DNA from: Gemmatimonadota bacterium
GTDB lineage: Bacteria; Gemmatimonadota; Gemmatimonadetes; Gemmatimonadales; GWC2-71-9
NCBI GenBank assembly: GCA_003222195.1
Contig: QHVB01000028.1
Location: 91,400-155,399, forward strand
Direction of reading: 5' to 3'
DNA length: 64,000 nt
Part shown: piece by piece, positions 1-7,647 of the stretch
Layout of the letters: each line of letters begins with the position of its first letter
Numbering within the stretch: position 1 is the first letter of the stretch
Position numbers and translations under genes: made by a program
Notes under the pieces: generated by a model
What the model was told of the DNA's origin: nothing
The model's database searches: none
What the model saw: only the letters and a program-made list of their open reading frames with translations

Positions 1-537
1 GAACGGCGGGAGCATCGTGGCGAGCGCGCCACCGGCCGGCGTCAGGACGACGCCGATCCGCATGTTGACCACGCGAATTCCCCCTCGTGCCGCGACCGCG
101 GGCGCCGCCTCCCAATCGCGCGAAACCTGTGCGAGAAAATCGTCTCCGGGTGCGCTGGCCTCCGTGACAGGTTCAGCGCCGCGGTTCCCGTAGTAGCCGA
201 TCGCGGAGGCGGCCAGCAGGGTCGCGGGGCGGCGCTGCAGGCTCGCGAGTGTCTCGCTCACGAGCTTCGTGCCGGCCACGCGGCTCGCGCGGATACGCTG
301 CTTCTTCGCCGCGGTCCAGCGGCCGAAGACGTTTTCGCCCGCGAGGTGAATGACGGCGTCAATCCCTTCTAACCCGGCTCGATCGATTGTGCCGCGCTCG
401 GGATCCCAGGCGACGACGTGCTCACCCGGCTTCGGTTGCCGCCGGACGAGCGGTACAACGTCGTCGCCGCGCTGCTCGAGGGCCGTGCGCAACGCGGTGC
501 CGATCAGTCCCGTGGCCCCGCTGACGGCAATTTTCAT
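1..537 (-). CDS. NAD-dependent epimerase/SDR family protein, YfcH/TIGR01777-like; the C-terminal part runs off the window
   Basis: Manual reverse translation from the ATG at 537-535 gives [46 protein letters not shown]..., with a Rossmann GxxGxxG motif at the N-terminus. The start overlaps the RidA stop (ATGA, 534-537). It is absent from the ORF track because there is no stop inside the window. Confidence 0.8.
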   Translation of the reverse strand, partial: MKIAVSGATGLIGTALRTALEQRGDDVVPLVRRQPKPGEHVVAWDPERGTIDRAGLEGIDAVIHLAGENVFGRWTAAKKQRIRASRVAGTKLVSETLASLQRRPATLLAASAIGYYGNRGAEPVTEASAPGDDFLAQVSRDWEAAPAVAARGGIRVVNMRIGVVLTPAGGALATMLPPF

Positions 538-923
538 TCGGGGAGAATCGCTTCAGCCTCGATTTCGACCAGCATGGTTGGATCGACGAGTCGCGTCACG
601 GCGACCAGGGTGGAGGCCGGACGAATGTCGCGAAACACTTCGCCGTGCGCCCGCCCGACTGCCTGCCAATGCTCGATATCGGTCACGTACATGCGCGTGC
701 GCACGACGTCGCGGAAACCCGCGCCCGCCTGCTCCAGTGCCCGGCCGATGTTCCGGAGCGCCTGGACCGCCTGGGCGTAGGGATCACCCGCTCCCACGAT
801 CTTGCCGCTCACATCGGTCGCCGTCGTGCCGGAAACATGGACGACGCGTCCCACCCGGACCGCGCGTGAATAGCCGACGACCGGCTCCCACGGCGCGCCG
901 CTCGCGATGTTCTGCCGGGTCAT
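534..923 (-). CDS. RidA/YjgF/UK114 family reactive-intermediate deaminase
   Basis: 129-aa ORF. Sequence [19 protein letters not shown]...[36 protein letters not shown]...EIEAEAIL is typical of the RidA family. ATGA overlaps on both sides. Confidence 0.9.
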   Translation of the reverse strand: MTRQNIASGAPWEPVVGYSRAVRVGRVVHVSGTTATDVSGKIVGAGDPYAQAVQALRNIGRALEQAGAGFRDVVRTRMYVTDIEHWQAVGRAHGEVFRDIRPASTLVAVTRLVDPTMLVEIEAEAILPE

Positions 924-1513
924 CGCCCTTCGAAACCGGGAACCGGAGGCGGCGCGGCGTTCCAGGTGACGTGCGAGGGGGCGCCCGTGGACCGCGCTTC
1001 GATAATCCGCTCGTCGGTCGCCCGCACGATCTCTTCGACCGCCTGCGGGGGATTGAGGAACGTCACGCCCCCAATCGCAGGGATGGCATGGCGGCCGTCG
1101 CTGGTCCGGAGATCAGCCAGGCCGACGCGGAGCTTGTCGAGGACGATGCGGGCGGATGCGGCCGTCGTTTCCGGCAGCAGCGCGATGAACTCGTCCCGGC
1201 CGAGGCGCGCGACGGTGTCGGTGGCGCGGAGCGCGCCGCGCAGGACCGTGGCGGCCGCCCGCACCAGCTCGTCCCCCACCCGGGACCCGAGATCCACCGC
1301 CGCCACGGTGAAGGGGTGCTGGTAGCGCCGGGCCCGCTCGATTTCCGCCCCCGCCGCCTCATGGAAAGCGCGGGCGTTGCGCAGGCCGGTCAGGTCGTCG
1401 ACGCGGGCCAGCCTCCGTTCGCGGGCGAGTGACCGGCGCAACGCCACGACGGCCCAGGTGAGCCCGCCGATGGCGGCCAGGGCCAGGATGGTGATGGGGA
1501 CGCCCGCGCGCAC
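920..1513 (-). CDS. Membrane-anchored degenerate GGDEF-domain protein (GRDEF; shortened metal/substrate loop)
   Basis: One N-terminal TM helix, then [12 protein letters not shown]...[12 protein letters not shown]...IGGVTF...[10 protein letters not shown]. The signature is G-R-D-E-F. The DxDxFKxxND..GH segment is reduced to [12 protein letters not shown]. Confidence 0.75.
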   Translation of the reverse strand: MRAGVPITILALAAIGGLTWAVVALRRSLARERRLARVDDLTGLRNARAFHEAAGAEIERARRYQHPFTVAAVDLGSRVGDELVRAAATVLRGALRATDTVARLGRDEFIALLPETTAASARIVLDKLRVGLADLRTSDGRHAIPAIGGVTFLNPPQAVEEIVRATDERIIEARSTGAPSHVTWNAAPPPVPGFEGR

Positions 1514-1529
1514 GTCCGAAAACTATCTG

Positions 1530-1988
1530 CTAAGGCGGGTTTTTGCCCAAGGGCACAACGGCAACCGCGTACCAGCAAGGATTCCAGCGGCATCCCTCCA
1601 TGACGACGCGGAGGCGGTACACCGTGGTCGCGCTGGGCGTGAACTGCAGGACAGGGAAGGTTTCACTGTTGCGGTCGATGGCAAGCTCGTTGCTCTGGGT
1701 GGCGAGGAGCAGCTGGAGCCGCGAGCAATCGTTGTCGCACACACCGAGAATGGAATACGCCACCCCCCGCTCGAGGGTCACCACGAACGTTTCCGCCTCC
1801 TCCTCGTTCAGCTCCCCCGTCTTCGTGAGGAGCGGCGAGCCACCCGCGTTCGTCGTGACCGCGCTGACTGCACGCTGCAACCGACCGTGGACTTCTCGCT
1901 CCCAACGGTTTTGCGACACCGCTGGGCGCGGGATCGCCGCACCGATCACGAGTACCACCAGGGTGGCGGAGAGATTCCGCGATGTCAT
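1530..1988 (-). CDS. Hypothetical exported protein (152 aa, 4 Cys)
   Basis: Internal ATG at 1988 of ORF 1530..2429 gives MTSRNLSATLVVLVIGAAIPRPAVSQ..., which is signal-like. ATGA overlap with the upstream gene stop (1985-1988). Non-repetitive composition, unlike the R/G-rich N-terminal extension of the track ORF. Confidence 0.55.
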   Translation of the reverse strand: MTSRNLSATLVVLVIGAAIPRPAVSQNRWEREVHGRLQRAVSAVTTNAGGSPLLTKTGELNEEEAETFVVTLERGVAYSILGVCDNDCSRLQLLLATQSNELAIDRNSETFPVLQFTPSATTVYRLRVVMEGCRWNPCWYAVAVVPLGKNPP

Positions 1989-3196
1989 CGGACCTGTCGC
2001 CGCGATGCCGTCAGCATCATAGCCAAAACGGCGACCGCACCGAGCAGCAGCGCCACCGCGGTAGCACCCCACGGCGGCGCTGGACCCAAAGGGATCGGCG
2101 CGATGAACCGGCGCTCCCACTGAGCGGTCCATCTGCCGACCGGTTGCTTGAGGGCCGCCGCGAGCGCGGTGTCCACTGGTAACGATGAGGCCCAAAAACC
2201 TTGGAAGCGCTCGCGTCCCACCTCGCGGGCGACATCCGACAGGTACCGCTCGCCAGGGAGCAGACGCTGCACACGCCACCAGCGCCGCTCGGGACGCACG
2301 ATTTGCGGCCCGGCAGCCGGAGACGCCGCATCTGATCCCTCGAGGACCGCGGCGCGACAACCGGACGATCGGCCGGCGAGGCACGCCACCGTCGCGGGCG
2401 GAAACGAGTAAACGTTGTCCCAGTGCCATGAGTGACGGGAATCGCCCAGGAGGTCCAGCGAGGTGAAACGCTCACCGGCGATGCCGCGCGAGCCAAGGTA
2501 TAAGGCCAGGTCCCAGTTGCGTGCCGCCAACCAGCGTCGCACTGGCTTGGCCGGGGTCCCGTATGCCGCGTAGAACGCGCAGGGCCCGAGGCCTGCCTGC
2601 AACCACCGGGGGAATCCGCCGAACCCCGCGGAGCGCGCTTCCAGCTTCCCTAGCAGGAACCGCGTCCAGTAGGGGCCGGCGGGCAGCAAGGCGATGCACG
2701 TCGTACGGTCCGTCGAGTCTGGTGCGAGATACGCCGCGAGGTCTGCGGGCTTGGGGCGGTCCGCCACGTTGGGCGGCCGCGCCAGCTCGATGACAACGGC
2801 GACGCGGACCTTCGTCTCGCCCAGGCCCAGGGCGTGCCATGCGGTATCCAGCGCGGCCTCGATGTATCGAACTGCGGCCGGAGAATCCTCCGCCCCACGA
2901 ACAAGGACTGTGGGTCTTCCGGAACGGTCGTTCTCGTGACTCGCCAACAATCCTCGTACGTGTTGGCGGTCCTCCAGCAGGCGCACGGCTCCGTCGGCAT
3001 TACGCCATTCGTCGGCCAACGCCTGTACTCGCTGGCGTGCAGGCGTGAGCTCTGGGAGCTGGGCCGTGAAGGATCGTGGGCCACTTGCCATGGCTCCGCG
3101 CGGCGGTACGTACGCCAGCGCAATCACGGCGCAGCCGGCGAACGTGACGGCAACCCAGCGCCTTAGAGGCGCCAACGCGAGCTCCGCATTCCGCAC
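1985..3196 (-). CDS. Hypothetical membrane protein with N-terminal and C-terminal TM helices; paralog of 3163..4248
   Basis: ORF 1985..3292. The likely start is the GTG at 3196 (VRNAELALAPLRRWVAVTFAGCAVIALAYV); the start is uncertain. The C-terminal region ERYLSDVAREVGRERF...PPWGATAVALLLGAVAVLAMMLTASRRQVR aligns with the C-terminus of the upstream gene. Confidence 0.55.
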   Translation of the reverse strand: MRNAELALAPLRRWVAVTFAGCAVIALAYVPPRGAMASGPRSFTAQLPELTPARQRVQALADEWRNADGAVRLLEDRQHVRGLLASHENDRSGRPTVLVRGAEDSPAAVRYIEAALDTAWHALGLGETKVRVAVVIELARPPNVADRPKPADLAAYLAPDSTDRTTCIALLPAGPYWTRFLLGKLEARSAGFGGFPRWLQAGLGPCAFYAAYGTPAKPVRRWLAARNWDLALYLGSRGIAGERFTSLDLLGDSRHSWHWDNVYSFPPATVACLAGRSSGCRAAVLEGSDAASPAAGPQIVRPERRWWRVQRLLPGERYLSDVAREVGRERFQGFWASSLPVDTALAAALKQPVGRWTAQWERRFIAPIPLGPAPPWGATAVALLLGAVAVLAMMLTASRRQVR

Positions 3197-4248
3197 GCCC
3201 CAAAGAATGCCAGCCAGCCGAACGCCGCGCCGACCGCCCACCACGGGAGGGCCACTGCCGTCGGCCGCGCCGCTACAATGGCGTTCCGCCACGCTCCGAC
3301 CAGCGAGTCCAGGCCGACGCCCGCCGCCGCGGCGAGACGTTCACCGATCTGGACGTCTGACTCGAGGAGCCGCCGGTAGGAGTCTCGTCCGCCCAGCCGC
3401 AGCGCCTCACGAACGATCGTGGCGCGCGCGGCATAAGCGAGCGGTCTCGGCAGCGTACCGGGTGGCAAGGTCCGCAGCAATCCGGTGCATGCCGCATCGC
3501 TCAGCGCGAGGCAGGCTTGGAACGCCTGGGCATTCGCGCCGTGATTGAAGAAGTCCCCGAACGATTCGGTGACGAGCGCGCGACGCTCGGGGGGACTCGG
3601 ATACCAGCGCTCGAGCAGCCCGCTGGTATCGCCGAGCGCCAACACGTCGGCGCAGCGGGCGAGCACTCCCAAAAAACAGGCTCGCACCGCTTGTGAGGGG
3701 GCGGTGACGAGCTGCAGATAGACCGTGCGACGCTCGTCGGCCGGATCGAGTGAGGGACGCAGCGGCGCGCCGAGCCAGTCGGCGAGCGGCCGGTCGAGCG
3801 GCGGGACCGGCACATTGGCCAGTAGCAACGTCGTCGTCCACCGCAGATCGAGATCCCAGGGCACCTCGAGACCCACGTGAAAAACCGATCGCTGCACCGT
3901 GGTGTCCGGATCGATCGCGCGGATGATGTACGGGTATTGGATCAGGTCGGCGGCGGCACTGCCATAGAGACTGTCGATCGCGGGCCAGGCGCGTTCGGCA
4001 GCCTGGCGCAGGGGAAGGGGCGACCGATTCGCAATGATGCGGAGATGACCGACGGCAATCGTGTCGCGACCAGCCGTCGCCCGCTCGCGTTCCAGACTAT
4101 CGGCGACATTCGCGATGGCCTGTGCGTCGCGCCATGCTCGCAACAGGCTGTCCGCGCGGCCCTGCAAACGTATCACCACTGTGTCCTGGGCCCACGCGTG
4201 AGGCACCACCATCCAAAGGAAAAGCACCGACGCGAGCGTTCTAGACAT
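3163..4248 (-). CDS. Hypothetical exported, C-terminally anchored protein (361 aa)
   Basis: ATG at 4248 gives the signal peptide MSRTLASVLFLWMVVPHAWAQ. C-terminal TM ALPWWAVGAAFGWLAFFGACG. The start overlaps the upstream permease 3' end by 8 nt. Confidence 0.6.
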   Translation of the reverse strand: MSRTLASVLFLWMVVPHAWAQDTVVIRLQGRADSLLRAWRDAQAIANVADSLERERATAGRDTIAVGHLRIIANRSPLPLRQAAERAWPAIDSLYGSAAADLIQYPYIIRAIDPDTTVQRSVFHVGLEVPWDLDLRWTTTLLLANVPVPPLDRPLADWLGAPLRPSLDPADERRTVYLQLVTAPSQAVRACFLGVLARCADVLALGDTSGLLERWYPSPPERRALVTESFGDFFNHGANAQAFQACLALSDAACTGLLRTLPPGTLPRPLAYAARATIVREALRLGGRDSYRRLLESDVQIGERLAAAAGVGLDSLVGAWRNAIVAARPTAVALPWWAVGAAFGWLAFFGACGMRSSRWRL

Positions 4249-4906
4249 CGATGAGCATCCAACGACCGGTGAACACGGCGAGCGGACCGGGTCCTTGCAA
4301 CAGCACGACTTGGAGAGCGCCGAGCAGGTTCCATTCCAGGTTCGCCACACTCGCCATGACTTGCACCAGCAGGAGCACGGCGATCGCGCCCAGGATGATC
4401 CCCGCCGTCCGCGCCGTTCCCGCCGACACCGCAAAGAACACCGCATAAGCGACGAACACGGCCAGCGCGAATCGCAGGGTCAGCGCAATCGGATACGCTT
4501 GAAGCCCCGGCGGGAGCGTGGCCATGACGGTCCCGAGCAGCGCCCCGATCAGCACTGCGGCAATGGGCGCCGTGAGGAGCGCCAGTCCGGCGCCGAACCG
4601 CAACGCCACGTATTGCCACCGGGGCAGCGGCAACGTCAGGGCATGAATGTGACGGCCCCGGTGATCCGCGGCCCACGCCGCGATCGCGATGAGCAGGCCG
4701 AGGGCCGCGGCGAGCAGTGGATATACCGACCCCCACGACTGCACCGCTCGCAACAGCTCCTGGGCTTGCAGCGCGCCGCGGTCCGGCCGCGCGGCGCCCT
4801 GCAACGACACCAGCGGGATCGCAAATCCGGCCACCGTCCCGAGCACCACGATGAGCCGAGACCATTTCCATTGCGCATAGAGCACAGCACGGAACATCCC
4901 CCTCAT
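4241..4906 (-). CDS. Polytopic membrane protein, probable ABC-2/YtrC-like permease partner
   Basis: ATG at 4906 overlaps the ABC ATPase stop (ATGA, 4903-4906). 221 aa with about 6 hydrophobic helices (MRGMFRAVLYAQWKWSRLIVVLGTVAGFAIPL...). Confidence 0.6.
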   Translation of the reverse strand: MRGMFRAVLYAQWKWSRLIVVLGTVAGFAIPLVSLQGAARPDRGALQAQELLRAVQSWGSVYPLLAAALGLLIAIAAWAADHRGRHIHALTLPLPRWQYVALRFGAGLALLTAPIAAVLIGALLGTVMATLPPGLQAYPIALTLRFALAVFVAYAVFFAVSAGTARTAGIILGAIAVLLLVQVMASVANLEWNLLGALQVVLLQGPGPLAVFTGRWMLIDV

Positions 4907-5724
4907 ACGCGCACCGCCCTTTCCTTTGCGCGGAATCCCCGCAGCAGTTCGACGAATCCCTCCTCGAGATCCAGATCGATTACGTCGCGGATGGACGCGC
5001 CCAGGCTCTCGACGTAGGTCGTCATGTCCGGCTCCCAATTGCCGACGACCCAGTACTCGCCCGCGCCATTCGCTGACTCGCGCGTGAGCAGCTGGAACGG
5101 TGGATTGCCGATCTCGGCCGGGGCACCGGTCACCACGAGCCGCTTGGTGCCGTGTTTGATTTTGTCCATGGGCGACTCGGTAATGAGTCGCCCATTGTCC
5201 ATCACTGCGATCCAGTCGCACACACGCTCCAACTCATGCACGAGATGGCTCGAGATGAGAATCGTGGCACCGCGCTCGGAGACGTACGTGAGCAGCGCGC
5301 TGAGGATGTCGCGCCGCACAACAGGATCCAGTCCGTCGGTCGGCTCATCCAGGACCAGCAGCTCCCCACGTTGCGCGAGCGCGAGCAGAATCATCACCTT
5401 CGCCTTCTGGCCTTTGGACAGACGGCCGAACAGACGGCCGGGATCGAGCTCGAAGCGCTGGACCAGCTCCTCCGCCCGCGGTCGATCCCACTGCGCGTAG
5501 AAGGCCGCTTGGAAATCGAGCAGCTCACGCACCGTCATGGTCGCGTCGAGATGCGGCTGCTCCGGGACATAGCCGATGTGGCGGAGAATGCGAGCGTATT
5601 GCGCCGGCATCGGACGCCCGAGGACGGTGATGCGGCCACTCACCGGTTGGAGCAGGCCGAGGATGAGTCGAATCGTGGTCGTTTTCCCGGAACCGTTCGG
5701 CCCAAGGAAGCCGTAGATCGACCC
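4903..5724 (-). pseudogene. ABC transporter ATP-binding protein lacking its N-terminal 30-35 aa and any in-frame start codon
   Basis: Homology begins abruptly at AGSIYGFLGPNGSGKTT (Walker A). It continues through LSKGQKAKV (signature), LLVLDEPTDGLD (Walker B) and SSHLVHE (H-loop). The upstream part of the same frame (to 6021) is R/S/P-rich junk that overlaps the GntR frame. Confidence 0.7.
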
Positions 5725-5932
5725 CGCGAATTTCCACGAAGCCCTGTGCCTCGAGATCGCGATAAGCCTGGATGATCGTGGCAGGATTGACACGGAGCTC
5801 CGCCGCGAGCTGCCGCACGGACGGCAACGGCGCGGCGCTGCCGAGCGTGCCGGTGGCGATCGCGAGACGGATGCGCTCGGCGATCTGGACGTATAGAGGA
5901 ATAGGACTCCGAGGATCGATGCCGTGAAACAC
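5525..5932 (-). pseudogene. GntR/YtrA-type winged-HTH regulator, truncated after about 70 aa
   Basis: IPLYVQIAERIRLAIATGTLGSAAPLPSVRQLAAELRVNPATIIQAYRDLEAQGFVEIRG is a complete GntR wHTH (5723-5932). Beyond the G4 run (plus-strand CCCC at 5722-5725) the frame reads non-homologous sequence to the stop at 5525, while the ABC Walker A continues in the +1 frame. Confidence 0.65.
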
Positions 5933-5953
5933 GCAGGCGGCCTCGCGTGCCAG

Positions 5954-5965
5954 TGTACTGGTACA
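5954..5965. promoter_or_regulatory. Candidate GntR operator dyad TGTAC-TG-GTACA overlapping a minus-strand TATACT -10-like hexamer
   Basis: tgtactggtaca lies about 22 nt upstream of the GntR start, in the 108-nt divergent region shared with the DinB gene. The reverse complement of 5964-5969 is TATACT. Confidence 0.35.
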
Positions 5966-6040
5966 GTATAACAGTTGCGCACGACTCGCAAGCGCTGGCC
6001 GTTGTGCCAGATTTCAAGCACGACTCAACGAGGAGAGCAC

Positions 6041-6532
6041 ATGAGCGAGAAAAAGGCGTTTCTCGACGCTTGGGAGCGGGAGGCAGCTACGACGGTGAAG
6101 GTCCTGCGCGCCTACCCCGGTGGGAAGGAAACCATGAAGCCCCACGCCACCTGCCGCAGCGCACAGGAGCTGGCGTGGACATTTGCGTTCGAAGGCGTCG
6201 CCGCCACGCAGGCGGTGCAGGGCGAGTTCAAGTTTCCGCCCGCAAACATGCCCGCAATGCCCGATACGTGGCATGGCACCGTCGGCGAAGTGGAGCGCGT
6301 CTTCAAGAAAATGGCCGACACGGTCCGCAACGTGGATGATCGACAGCTGAGTTCGACGATCAAGTTCTATACGGCACCAAAGCAGATGGGCGATGTGCGC
6401 CGGCAGGATTTTCTCTGGCAGATGCTGAACGACATGATCCACCATCGCGGGCAATTCTCCGTTTACCTCCGGATGGCGGGCGGCAAGGTTCCCTCGATCT
6501 ACGGTCCGTCCAAGGATGAGCCGTGGCAGTGA
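6041..6532 (+). CDS. DinB-family (DinB_2-like) metal-dependent protein
   Basis: ATG at 6041 gives MSEKKAFLDAWEREAATTVKVLRAYP...LNDMIHHRGQFSVYLRMAGGKVPSIYGPS, the typical DinB four-helix-bundle C-terminal motif. Confidence 0.8.
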   Translation: MSEKKAFLDAWEREAATTVKVLRAYPGGKETMKPHATCRSAQELAWTFAFEGVAATQAVQGEFKFPPANMPAMPDTWHGTVGEVERVFKKMADTVRNVDDRQLSSTIKFYTAPKQMGDVRRQDFLWQMLNDMIHHRGQFSVYLRMAGGKVPSIYGPSKDEPWQ

Positions 6533-6591
6533 GGATTTGAGCGCAAAAACCGGATAGAACTCGGGTGGGCACTCGTAGTAGGTTTTCCTCC

Positions 6592-7647
6592 ATGAGCCCC
6601 ACCGAGCGCTGGCAGGCCGTGATCGCAAGAGATCGGCGGTTCGATGGCGCATTCGTGTATGCGGTGCGCTCGACCGGCATCTATTGCCGTCCGTCGTGCG
6701 CCAGCCGCCGGCCGCGCCGTACCCAGGTGACGTTCTTCCCCATCCCCGAAGCCGCCGAGCGCGAGGGCTTTCGCGCCTGCCGGCGCTGCCATCCCGCCGC
6801 TGCGAACGGAAGCAATCCCGCCGTGGCGCTGGTGCGCAAGGCGTGCCAGGCGATCGCGGCCGGCGAGCCGTTACGGGGCGACGCGCGCCGACTCGCACGC
6901 GCATTCAAGCGAGTGCTCGGGATCACACCGCGGGCCTACGCCGAGGCGCGCCGGGTATCGCGCTTCAAACAGGAATTGAAACGGAGGAAACAGGTGAGTC
7001 CCGCACTCTACGAAGCCGGCTACGGCTCCTCGAGCCGCGTGTACGAGCGCACGCACGCGAACCTCGGCATGACGCCAGCCAGGTATGCGCGCGGTGGGGC
7101 CGGTGTGGGCATTGCCTACGTCACGGTGCCGACATCGCTGGGACGACTGCTGGTCGCGGCCACCGAGCGCGGAGTCTGTCGAGTCGCCCTCGGCGACAAT
7201 GCCGGAGCGCTCGAGCAAGATCTGCTCGCCGAATTTCCCGGGGCGCGAGTCGTGCAGGACAAGAGCGGCAAGCTGCACGGGTGGGTCACGTCGATTCTGG
7301 CGTACCTCGACGGCCGCGAGCCGGATCTTGATCTCCCACTCGACATTCGCGCAACGGCATTCCAGCGGAGAGTGTGGCAGGAGCTGCAGCGGATCCCATT
7401 TGGACAGACGCGGACATACTCCGAAATCGCGCAGCGAATTGGGCAGCGGACGGCAACACGGGCCGTTGCGCGCGCCTGCGCGTCGAACCCCGCGGCGCTC
7501 GTGATCCCCTGCCATCGGGTAGTGAGAGAGGACGGGGAGCTGGGAGGATATCGCTGGGGCACAGAACGGAAGAGATCGTTGTTGACGATGGAAAACGGGG
7601 ACCTGCCGCGCTTATCAGTTCACCGGAATCCAGTAGCTGACCTTTAG
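6592..7647 (+). CDS. ada: Bifunctional Ada: methylphosphotriester-DNA methyltransferase/AraC regulator plus O6-methylguanine-DNA methyltransferase
   Basis: N-terminal Zn cluster FVYAVRSTGIYCRPSCASR...CRRCHP, an AraC-type HTH (GITPRAYAEARR...GYGSSSRVYE), and a C-terminal MGMT domain with the active site IPCHRVV. Confidence 0.9.
   Translation: MSPTERWQAVIARDRRFDGAFVYAVRSTGIYCRPSCASRRPRRTQVTFFPIPEAAEREGFRACRRCHPAAANGSNPAVALVRKACQAIAAGEPLRGDARRLARAFKRVLGITPRAYAEARRVSRFKQELKRRKQVSPALYEAGYGSSSRVYERTHANLGMTPARYARGGAGVGIAYVTVPTSLGRLLVAATERGVCRVALGDNAGALEQDLLAEFPGARVVQDKSGKLHGWVTSILAYLDGREPDLDLPLDIRATAFQRRVWQELQRIPFGQTRTYSEIAQRIGQRTATRAVARACASNPAALVIPCHRVVREDGELGGYRWGTERKRSLLTMENGDLPRLSVHRNPVADL

Noticed and set aside
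350-1432. A 360-aa plus-strand ORF spanning the SDR, RidA and GGDEF region.
   Set aside because: It is extremely Arg/Pro/Ser-rich and overlaps three minus-strand genes that have recognisable domains and ATGA coupling.
4903-6021. The full 372-aa track ORF taken as an intact ABC ATPase with a long N-terminal extension.
   Set aside because: The first 110 or so residues are low-complexity R/S/P sequence read in an alternative frame of the GntR gene and its promoter region. ABC homology begins only at Walker A. I interpret it as a truncated gene rather than a long isoform.
6700-6960. A possible shortening of the first helix-turn-helix of the Ada AraC domain (GEPLRGDARRLARAFKRVLG).
   Set aside because: I cannot establish a deletion without an HMM alignment. 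The second HTH, the Zn cluster and the PCHR site all look normal, so I treat it as an intact ada gene.
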